Below are positions 27,480 through 38,121 of a stretch of DNA of 64,000 nucleotides, one piece after another; the first letter of the stretch is position 1, and every line of letters begins with the position of its first letter. Source of the stretch: Eledone cirrhosa (lineage: Eukaryota). The DNA lies in the NCBI GenBank assembly GCA_964016885.1, contig OZ024742.1, positions 137,764,001 to 137,828,000 of the forward strand, written 5' to 3'. The notes under the pieces are model-generated. The model was not told the DNA's origin and made no database searches. It worked only from the letters and a program-made list of their open reading frames with translations. The translations under genes were made by a program, and so were the position numbers.

Positions 27480-27945
27480 GACTGGTTTCTTCGTGACGAG
27501 AACGTGTAAATGCGACCTGTCTTGTCTGTAGTCTCACTTTTTCTGCCGGGTGTAAACAACCCTTGTATTTATAAGGGTTGGAGTCAGAAGGATAGATATA
27601 TCCTTTGACCTCTTTCTGCCAGGTATAAACAACTTCTGACCTGTGTTTAGCATCTCCCTAGTGGTTGGTTTGCCGGGCGTAAACAACCCTTGTATTTACA
27701 ACGGCTGAAGTTACAAGGATGGATATATCATCTGACCTTTTTTCTGGCAGGTGTAAATAACCTCTAACCTGCGTTTAGCATCTCCCAAGGGGTTGGTTTG
27801 CGGGGCGTAAACAACTAACCACGGCTTGTCGCAGAGGCGGGAAAGCTCAGATTCGGTTTCTAATCTTCGTCGCCGTTATAAGGGTATTGAAAAAACCACT
27901 AAAACAAACGAATTTGGGTCAACACAGTGTATTGTTGTGGCTAAT
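27480..27945. repeat. Unclassified element with internal ~128-bp tandem repeats
   Basis: TGCCGGGYGTAAACAACCCTTGTATTTA at ~27544 and ~27671, with a partial third copy at ~27799. Confidence 0.6.
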
Positions 27946-28184
27946 CTATGACTGAAGGTTCGGAGTTGTACAGATGAATTCCTGCTGTTGATACGAATAC
28001 TGATGATGGGACGCCTTGTAGTTTATGATGGTGATATTGGTGTCGGTGGTGATAGTGGTGCCGGGCTGGTGGTATCGACAGTGGTGCTGTTGTTGATTGT
28101 GATGATGATCATGACGAATCAAAGACAAAATTGTAACAAAAGTAACAAGGAAGGAATTACATACTGAAAAGTAACTACAGAATA

Positions 28185-28192
28185 ACACACAC

Positions 28193-28243
<51 letters not shown>

Positions 28244-28481
28244 CTCGCGCACACGCACACGCACGCACACACACACACTTACACACACACACATATATAT
28301 ATATGCATGTGTGTGTATATATATATATATATACACACACATTCACATACACACCCACATACACTCCCACATATATATATATTTATTTATATATACTTGC
28401 AGATGTAGATGGATATACATATATGTATGTGCGTGTGTGTCTCTGTGTGTGTATGTGCGTGTGTGTGTATGTGTGTGTGTA

Positions 28482-28516
<35 letters not shown>

Positions 28517-28545
28517 GTGTGTGCATGCGTGCGTGTATGTTTGTG
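28185..28545. repeat. (CA)n/(TA)n/(TG)n compound microsatellite
   Basis: Direct reading. Confidence 0.95.
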
Positions 28546-28816
28546 TAAGTGGATTCCGATGACAAAGCTGCCAGTGATGATGAAAATGACACATTCTGTT
28601 TTTAAAGAAATACGTGATGTGTTGTATTTGAAAAGGAAGTATAGTTTGAGATAAAAAAAAAATAGGTTAATCTATAAAATAAAACATGGAGTGAAAACCT
28701 TCACTTCTCTTTTTAAATAAAAAGGCAGTTAAATATAGGACAAGAGGTCAAGCAGTAAAACCCAAGTAAAAAGGGAAATCTATATGGCATGATGACTACA
28801 GAGGAGGTGGAGGAGG

Positions 28817-28985
28817 GAAGAAGAAGAAGAAGAAGAAGAAGAAGAAGAAGAAGAAGAAGAAGAAGAAGAAGAAGAAGAAGAAGAAGAAGAAGAAGAAGAA
28901 GAAGAAGAAGAAGAAGAAGAAGAAGAAGAAGAAGATGGTGATGGTGATGGTGATGGTGATGGTGATGGTGATGGTGATGGTGGTG
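28817..28985. repeat. (GAA)n followed by (GGTGAT)n
   Basis: Direct reading. Confidence 0.97.
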
Positions 28986-29627
28986 AGGATGACGATGGTG
29001 GTGAATAAAAAAAACATGTGAAAAAAGCTATCTGAACAAATAAATAAAAGAGACAAGTGGAAATGGGAACAAAGAATAAGTGAAACATTAAAAGGTTAGA
29101 GGTGTAAAAGAAAAAGAAAAAAAGATAGATGGAAAAGATATCTATGACTGTGATTTGGAGTTAAAAAATGAGAACACTGAAAAGAAAAGAGGGAAAGAAA
29201 AACGAAGATCCGAAAGGAAAATAACCGCAAAGTGTTAGGAGAAAATGAAAGACAATAACGTAAGAATTATGGTGACATGTGAACAATTTTAACTGAAGTG
29301 AGGAAAGGGGAATAATATAAATAATAAAACACATATTTGTGTAAGAGGAATAAGCAACATGAATGTAGAGCACTTTCGAGAAGGCGTAGATATGATTTGT
29401 TTCAGTCGTTTTTTCAGCAACACGTGGATACATTCTTACTGTGTGGAGCCTTGGATGACCAATGCCTGCACCTGGGAACTGTTAGAGGCAAATTGGGTGC
29501 ATGTATTCCACTAATAAACAGCAATATATGCATACACTCACACACATGATGCATCCATATATATAAATATGCATCCATATATTCAGTAATATTCAAAACA
29601 TTGTGCTGTTATTTCTATTTACATTTT

Positions 29628-29705
<78 letters not shown>

Positions 29706-29820
29706 AGATAAGCAGAACAAGTAAAATTCAACCAATTTTTCAAAATAAATCAAAATTAATATACAATTAAAATTAATCAAAATTAAAAAATATAATATAA
29801 ATATTTACCTATTCAAATGG

Positions 29821-29898
29821 CCCTAACTGTACAGTTTCACTTTGCAAAACATTAGATATCAGGTAGATATTAATGGAAAAGCAAAGATCATCAGAGAA
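29821..29898 (-). ncRNA. Type I hammerhead motif within a ~340-bp insert (29702-30043) bounded by (TA)n on both sides
   Basis: Minus strand: UUCU CUGAUGA U CUUUGC..GCAAAG U GAAAC UGUACA GUU AGGG. Confidence 0.72.
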
Positions 29899-30039
29899 GC
29901 ATTTTCCTATCCTAGGGTTAAAAACCCCAGGAACAACAAAATATATGGCCTCACTCCAACTAATACAGGTCTGAAAGGTCGTGAAAGTGACCCATAAATA
30001 CGTTGGTGTATAGTGAAGGCGGGAAATCATAGACTAGCC

Positions 30040-30084
<45 letters not shown>

Positions 30085-30239
30085 TAGATAGATTTTGAGT
30101 ATATGTTGGTTGTATACCAACACCTCAGTATGCAGGCTGGAGCACTCTACGAAGTGCGCAGGTTGGTTTGGTTACTCCGGAGTAATGTAAAATAAAGTTA
30201 AATAAAAAGTCAAATGTTTAAAATTTAGCTTCGTTTATT

Positions 30240-30294
30240 ACTGCTATATATATTTCAGTGACAGCCAACTTTGGCTGTGACCTCTTCAGGCAGT
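30240..30294 (-). ncRNA. Type I hammerhead motif (left arm)
   Basis: ACUGC CUGAAGA GGUCACAGCCAA-AG-UUGGCUGUCACU GAAA U-AUAU-AUA GCAGU. Confidence 0.8.
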
Positions 30295-30461
30295 CCGAAT
30301 TAGTGTGGTATAGACAAGTACATATGTTGTTGAGGTGTATAATTTTGTTAATACTCTGATATGCCCAGTTCCTGGTTGGGTTGTTATTTCACTGAGGAAC
30401 TGGAATCATGTGATTCCAGTTCCTCAGTACATATGTACTTGTCTATACCACAGTAATTCGG

Positions 30462-30516
30462 ACTGTCTGAAGAGGTCACATCCAAAGTTGGCTGTCACTG
30501 AAATATATATAGCAGT
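30462..30516 (+). ncRNA. Type I hammerhead motif (right arm)
   Basis: ACUGU CUGAAGA GGUCACAUCCAA-AG-UUGGCUGUCACU GAAA U-AUAU-AUA GCAGU. Confidence 0.75.
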
Positions 30517-30562
30517 AATAAACGAAGCTAAATTTTAAACATTTGACTTTTTATTTAACTTT

Positions 30563-30650
<88 letters not shown>

Positions 30651-30781
30651 GATAAATCTACCAAGAGTTTACGGTAGTGTCCAATCCGTATGAAGAACTC
30701 AATGTAATCCGGATATCATGGAAAGAAGAGATGCAATGAAAATTCACTTTCGGTGAAAGATAAACGGAATACAGAGTCAAG

Positions 30782-31143
30782 ATAAACTATTAAAAAAATA
30801 ATGAATAAAACAATGAAACAGTTCCTTATATTAAACAAAAAAAGTTCATTATTTAACGATCGTTTCTGGGATATATATGTGTTAGAATTGGCATGTATAA
30901 TTAACAGATCTATGTACATCTATGAAATAATTATTTCTGAAGACGGCATATATATGAGTTGGTATGTATATTTAATTTTGATAGTTTGTATAATTTTGTA
31001 TAAGTTTGTACATAGATCTGTTAAATATACATGCCAATTCTAACACATATATATCCCAGAAACGATCGTTAAATAATGAACTTTTTTTGTTTAATATAAG
31101 GAACTGTTTCATTGTTTTATTCATTATTTTTTTAATAGTTTAT
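30782..31143. mobile_element. Second foldback element with ~136-bp inverted arms, unrelated in sequence to the first
   Basis: 30782-30918 is the reverse complement of 31007-31143. The right end abuts (TA)n. Confidence 0.85.
30930..31077 (+). ncRNA. Type I hammerhead motif with a very long stem II
   Basis: Stem I AUUAUUU/AAAUAAU; CUGAAGA at 30937; stem II includes GGUAUGUAUAUUUAA/UUAAAUAUACAUGCC; GAAAC GAUC GUU at 31059-31070. Confidence 0.7.
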
Positions 31144-31197
31144 ATATATATATATATATAATTCAAAATATTAATAAATGAATACGTTCACATAATC

Positions 31198-34100
31198 AAA
31201 ATGTATGTTTTATTATATATATTTCGGAGGTACTGTGCTGTTTTTTCAGTACGTCCTCATTAGATAAAATATATGAATTGATGAATTGATTGACCTCAAC
31301 TGTCTTGATGATTCAATTCCAGTATTGGCAGTGATTTATTACAACAAATCTCAATATTTATATACACAAATAATAAAATGATAAACTTAAATATCATAAA
31401 GAAGAGGATGTGGAGCGAGATATAAGTATAACGAGGGGGTGAGTATGAGAAAATGTAACGAGAAATAAATAAACGTACATAAATATTTAAATATTTAAAT
31501 GCGTAAATATCTGTGTTAGGGAAGAAAAGGAAGAGAGATAGATAGAAGAGACGAAAGAAGAGATAAAAAAGAAGAGAAGGAGACGAAGGATAGAGAGAAA
31601 AAGGAGCGAGAAGAGGAAAGACGTAAGCAAAAAAAGGAAATAATGAAAGAAAGAAAGAAGGAAGGGACCTGATGCGTAACCGTTGTTTTCAAATATTAAG
31701 TCAAATAGAAGCGACCAATTAAATACCATGACATTTTTAATATCTTTTGTATTTGGTTATGTTTGAGCTAATTATACTAATATATTATATCAAAATTAGA
31801 CAATATAAAAATATTTTCTATAATAATCAGAAGCATAGTTCAATTAATAAATATATTCAATATTTTGTTACAAAACTCAAAAATCAAAATCATTTTTACC
31901 TATCAACCAAGTTTACAAACATATTAAATATGCATAAATCCCGTCGAGGTTAACTTTGCCTTTCATCCTTACGGGGTCGATAAAATAAAGTGACAGCAAT
32001 TACCCAGTAATGTACTGGGTAATTGCTGGCATTGTGCCAAAAGTAGAAACAATATTTAATATGTATAAGGATATTTACCACAACTTATTCGCATATCACC
32101 ATCAGTATATGCATTTTATATAATGTTTATAATTATTATCTGAATTATTAATTTTACATTATAAACAGTTGTTTATAATGTAGGATAAATAAGTAGTTAT
32201 ATTTACTCTTGAAAGTATTATTATTTCGATTTTATTTCCATAACTATATCATAATATCATAATATATGTAGTTTCCCTTTAAGGATTAATATCATGTTAA
32301 ATATACATTATTAATCCATTTGGATAGAACGAAAGTTATATACGAAGAATGTAAACAAAGGGAGGTAATCCATATGTGATCATTTATATTAACTAAGTGC
32401 TTTGAAAGCCAGAAGATATTTCAAACCGCAAATTCAGAAAATTCTAGTTATACAAAGACCATTCTAAAAAACCGAACTTAGGATAGTGAGTCACATCATG
32501 AGATTAATTTACTATATTTAAAAAAAACGGTATACAATGTTTAAGGTAAGGCAAAATATTATATATATAATAATAATAATAATTCAAGAATTATTAATAA
32601 TAGCCAATATTTTTTTTCCTTCATAGTCAGTATTTTTTTCTAAATTTGTATGATGTTTGAAATGTTTTTCCAGATTTATGGAGACAAGTTGCAAATAATT
32701 CATTTTGTTTTATTAATTAAATTACCATAATTGGTAATTATTAATAGAGTCTCTAAATTGCAAAGATTGCAGTTTGGCTAAATGGAAGCGTTCCAGTAGG
32801 AATCAGAATTTCTAAGTTTACTTCAAGAAATTGAGTATTGAATATTTTTCTCTTTTAAAAACCATATTAATTGTGATAATGAAGTAGAACATTTTTTATC
32901 TGGATTTGAGAAAGAATGTTTATGATTGGAAAAGCGAAACTAAAAGTTCGACGAAGTGGCACAAATGTAGTTATAAGTATTATTATTATTTGTCTTAATT
33001 GTACATTTACATACTAAATTCTTATCAAGGCAATTATTTTATAAAGGGCATTCAGATTTCTTTCTACAGTTACAGTTCAATTCCGTGTTATTTCTATAAT
33101 CTAAACTATTCGTATTATCATAATTATTTCTAGGTGTTCTACTATTATTCGTATTTAAACTATTGTTATTGTTATTCCCATTAACTACTGTATTATTATT
33201 ATTATTGTTGTTATTATCGCTAATTATATGCTGGTTCAAATTAAGAATTTTGCTATTAATTTTTGCAATATTTTGAGCAATATTCATAGTTGTTGAATAA
33301 GAGAGTTTAACTGTGTGTCTATTGAAGATAGATTAATACTTATGTGATCTAGGGAAACATTTATCCAAGGCTTTAAAAAATAAATGTGCTAAAGGTGTTT
33401 TAATAGCTAAAGATGCTGGTGGGGCATACCAAATTATAGATCTAGTCCTAATTCTCCAAGTTGTCTTTACAGTCAGTTTTATTTTTTTTATTATTATTAT
33501 GAATAAAGTACCCGTAATACACTGGGATAATTGCTGGCCTTGTGCCAAAAGTAGAAACAATTATTATTATTATGAATATTATGTTTATAATTAATATTAT
33601 TTTTTTCTACATATTCTATAATATTTTAATATCCTGCTTTATGTAACGCTTCATTATGATATCCAGTTTTACTATTAAAAAGGGATCTGTTAGCAGATAG
33701 TCTGGATATTCGTTGTTGGACACTATTGAGTATTACATTTTTAACACTTTTAGGATGATTAGAGTAAAAGCTAACATAATTTAGGTTTTCATTGACTTAT
33801 GGAAGGGGTAATAAAGGCCTGAGTTTAAATTAAAGGTTACAACTAAAAAGTTAACTATTTTATTGTTATGTTCTACTTCTAATTTCAGGTCGTAATTTTT
33901 AAAGAATTCTAGAATTAATTTCTTTACTCTATTTAATTCGCTATTATTATGTCTAACTACAGTAAATAATATGTCATCTCTATATAAACCACCGGTAATC
34001 TCCGGCAGTTTTCTATTTATCATATTAAGGATGAAAATTCACACAATATCGGTAACTTGCGCAGAATTGTACGAGCCCATAGTAATCTCGAAATTTTTCT

Positions 34101-34835
34101 GCCTATCCGAACGAGTCCAGAAATAATTATTAAAGTCAATCAAGGTTCGCCTTGCCGTTAAAATAATATTAATCTCATCACTAGATAGATCAGTGTGTTT
34201 ATATGCAAATGAAAGTGCCTTATTCAAAAGGTTAGGAATTATTGAGGAGTAATAACTCACTAAGTCCATTTGATGAATTTATGATTTTTCTTATTTTCGA
34301 TATTATTGAACCAATCTATGACTTCACGAATGCCCTTCCATAAGTTAAGCCTTGACCTCAATTTTAACGTTGGCAAAATCCTATCTATTATGTTTTTACT
34401 AATTATTCCAAGGTCTGACTTCGAAGGTGCGATAAGTCTATCTTCTCTTCTTTTTTCTCTCTTCTTCTTTCTTCTCTTCTATCTCTCTCTCTCTCTTACT
34501 TTTCTTCCCTATCACAGATATTTAGGGATTTAAATATTTAAATATTTATGTACGTATGTGTTTATTTATTTCTTCTTACATTTTCTCATACTCACCCCCT
34601 CCTAATACTTATATCTCGCTCCACATCCTCTTCTTCATCATATTTAAGTTTATCATGTTATTATTCGTGTATATAAATATTGAGATTTGTTGTAATAAAT
34701 CACTGCCAATACTGGAATTGAACCATCAAAACAGTTGAGGTATGTCATACATCAATTCATATATTTTATCTGATGAGCACGTTCTGAAAAAAACAGCACA
34801 GTACCTCCAAAATATATATAATAAAACATGCATTT
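31198..34835 (-). mobile_element. Decayed Penelope-like retroelement (RT + GIY-YIG remnants) with inverted ~390-bp pLTRs
   Basis: RT fragments DLVSYYSSI..ITMGSYNSAQVTDIV and GGLYRDD, linker CNCRKKSECPL, and GIY-YIG-like NLVCKC..NYICATS..FRFSNHKHSF near 32900-33030. 31198-31580 is inverted relative to 34441-34835. Confidence 0.88.
31937..32053 (+). mobile_element. Truncated SINE inserted in the PLE
   Basis: CTTTGCCTTTCATCCTTACGGGGTCGATAAAATAAAG...GTGCCAAAAGTAGAAAC. A shorter fragment lies at ~33505-33561. Confidence 0.8.
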
Positions 34836-34836
34836 C

Positions 34837-36079
34837 ACTGGGAACTTATATAAAAATAATTCAGTGGATGGAAAAAAGCGAGCGGGGGCTAGATTCCAAG
34901 ACATTGAAAAATTCACTGCCTACTTGGTCAAGTGGCAAATTCAAAAGAATCAATCACGTGACACTGAGGTTAATCAGCGAGGAGTTGGGGTGCTATTAAG
35001 ACAGAGCCTAGCCACTACTATTAATCACAGTAATAATTTCGGCAAGTTTTGCTCAACAAATAATTTGGAGATAATTATAAAGAATTAGTATATCTACCAA
35101 CATATCCCCCGCTCGCTTTTTTCAAAGTTACTAATACAAAACATATATATTTGCTAACATAGGTATGCATCTGTATACATATGTTGGTAGATATACTAAT
35201 TCTTTATAATTATCTCCAAATTATTTGTTGAGCAAAACTTGCCGAAATTATTACTGTGATTAATAGTAGTGGCTAGGCTCTGTCTTAATAGCGCCCCACT
35301 CCTCGCTGATTAACCTCAGTGTCACGTGATTGATTCTTTTGAATTTGCCACTTGACCAAGTAGGCAGTGAATTTTTCAATATCTTGGAATCTAGCCCCCG
35401 CTCGCTTTTTTCCATCCACTGAATTATTTTTATATAAGTTCCCAGTGTCCCCGCATTGCCTGGAAGCTTAGCTGAGAATAGACTCCCTGATGACGTAAGG
35501 CTTCTCTATGGAAAAAAGCGAGCGGGGGCTAGATTCCAAGACATTGAAAAATTCACTGCCTACTTGGTCAAGTGGCAAATTCAAAAGAATCAATCACGTG
35601 ACACTGAGGTTAATCAGCGAGGAGTTGGGGTGCTATTAAGACAGAGCCTAGCCACTACTATTAATCACAGTAATAATTTCGGCAAGTTTTGCTCAACAAA
35701 TAATTTGGAGATAATTATAAAGAATTAGTATATCTACCAACATATCCCCCGCTCGCTTTTTTCCATCCACTGAATTATTTTTATATAAGTTCCCAGTGTC
35801 CCCGCATTGCCTGGAAGCTTAGCTGAGAATAGACTCCCTGATGACGTAAGGCTTCTCTATGGATACGCTCCGTAACCATATTTATCCCCTTACAGAAACT
35901 AATTAGTTGGAGTGAAATTTTAGTAAGTAAGTCAATTTTCATAACTTTCTTATTTACGTCTTTCATATAATGGTTCTGCATCCCCTTGCATAGAACCACA
36001 CAAAGTTACTAAGACAAAACATATATATTTGCTAACATAGGTATGCATCTGTATACATATGTTGGTAGATATACTAATT

Positions 36080-36082
<3 letters not shown>
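34837..36082. mobile_element. Rearranged cluster of a ~527-bp hammerhead-containing monomer (direct, inverted and circularly permuted pieces)
   Basis: A ~240-270 bp segment occurs at 34837-35105, inverted at 35177-35447, and again at 35509-35745. 35123-35203 recurs at 36001-36082. Confidence 0.8.
35833..35913 (+). ncRNA. Type I hammerhead ribozyme motif with intact core
   Basis: ACUCC CUGAUGA C GUAAGG..UAUGG-A-UACG-CUC-CGUA-A-CCAUA..CCUUAC A GAAAC UAAUUA GUU GGAGU. Confidence 0.82.
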
Positions 36083-36153
<71 letters not shown>

Positions 36154-36183
36154 CAACAAAAGATGGTTAAGAGAGTTCCATGT

Positions 36184-36252
36184 ATTTTATTATGCGCATT
36201 TCAAAAACAAATATCATCATGCAATAATATTTGCGTTTTCGTCAGATAAAAT
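36184..36252 (-). ncRNA. Type I hammerhead motif in a ~165-bp insert between two (TA)n tracts
   Basis: AUUUUAU CUGACGA AAACGCAAAUAUU..GAUAUUUGUUUUU GAAA U-GCGC-AUA AUAAAAU. Confidence 0.78.
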
Positions 36253-36312
36253 AAGGAGACATGATATGAAGGTTAAAACAGACTTGTGAATAGTGCAGTT
36301 TTAAATCAACAT

Positions 36313-36733
<421 letters not shown>

Positions 36734-37083
36734 TTCTACCTGGAGTTGCGACCGATAGATAGTATTAGTAATTGGAAACATTGTTTCGTCGGTCCGATTT
36801 GACGAAAGTCGATCGTTTCTTTAATATATATATATATTCATTTTAGAAAATTTAGATATCCCAAATGCAGGAAGAAGAGACTATTGCATTAAATAATTGG
36901 TCAGAAAATCTGATAAAATACCTATGAACGCAGACATAATGCTGTAGAGAAGTCAAAAATAGTTTCATAAATGGAATGGTGCGAAACAAAATATTTGTCG
37001 TTTGAGTTGAAGATGACGTCGACGGCAATGTTAACAGGAAGTATAGTGGTCATGATGACGGCGTTTAAGACAGGGCAACGAAA

Positions 37084-37350
37084 ATGATGGTGGTGATGAT
37101 GATGTCAATGATGACGACGATGACGACGACGATGATGATGATGATGATGATGATGATAATCATGATGATGGATGACGAGCCTATTGCTGCTGCTATTAAT
37201 GCTGGCGATATTGGTGAAGAAGAGGTTAATAGCGATGATAGTGATGAAGATGATGGCTGTGTTGATGATGTTTTATGATAATGATAATGGTTGATGTTGA
37301 TGATGTTATGTTGATGATGATGGTATTGATGATGATGACGATTATGATGA
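37084..37350. repeat. Degenerate (ATG)n microsatellite
   Basis: Direct reading. Confidence 0.85.
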
Positions 37351-37983
37351 TGGATATGATGATGATGTTTGGGTTACTTGAAATGGCAGTGCTGGAGACA
37401 ATGAGGGTGAAAATATGGAAATGTGTGGAAAAGGGGATTAGACGATTGTCACAGATAAAATGTCAACAAAGGAAAGGCAAACGAGCGACGTGGATGAGAA
37501 ACAAAATGTTGGTTGTAATGGTAATTCTGTATGGTAAGGAGCTGATTGTGCAAACATAGTGAAAGAAGCGGGGACACACACACACGCACAGAAACATACA
37601 CACACACTCCCATACAATCACACACACACACACACATATGTATATGTATATTATATGTATATGTATATTATATGTATATGTATATATATATATAACATAA
37701 TTTTGGTATGTTTATGTACATTTTTTCTTCTAACTTTGATTTTGTACCTAATTGTGAATGGTTGGCTATATGTCTAATCAGTTTCTACGGGCTATTAGAA
37801 ATACTAGGTAAATCTTCTGTGGCTGTGGATCGCGGATAAAATAGCTATCATTTATTTATCTATTGTTTCTTCATAGGTACATTTTAAAAATATAGCCCCG
37901 TATAATTTATTTTTTTTGTGGTTGATTATGCTGATTGGGAGGAGAAATAGTGTATATATTTTATCAAATGATTCTATGGACTT

Positions 37984-38037
<54 letters not shown>

Positions 38038-38059
38038 TATGTATATTTCTATACTTTTC

Positions 38060-38121
<62 letters not shown>

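Larger units (their letters stand above)
30193..30563. mobile_element. Foldback element with ~135-bp inverted arms, each carrying a hammerhead
   Basis: 30193-30327 is the reverse complement of 30429-30563 with few mismatches. The spacer holds an 18-bp-arm hairpin at 30391-30428. Confidence 0.85.

Noticed and set aside
35222-35255. TTGTTGA-GCAA-AAC-TTGC-CGAAA as a second hammerhead
   Set aside because: Two core mismatches and no stem I or III.
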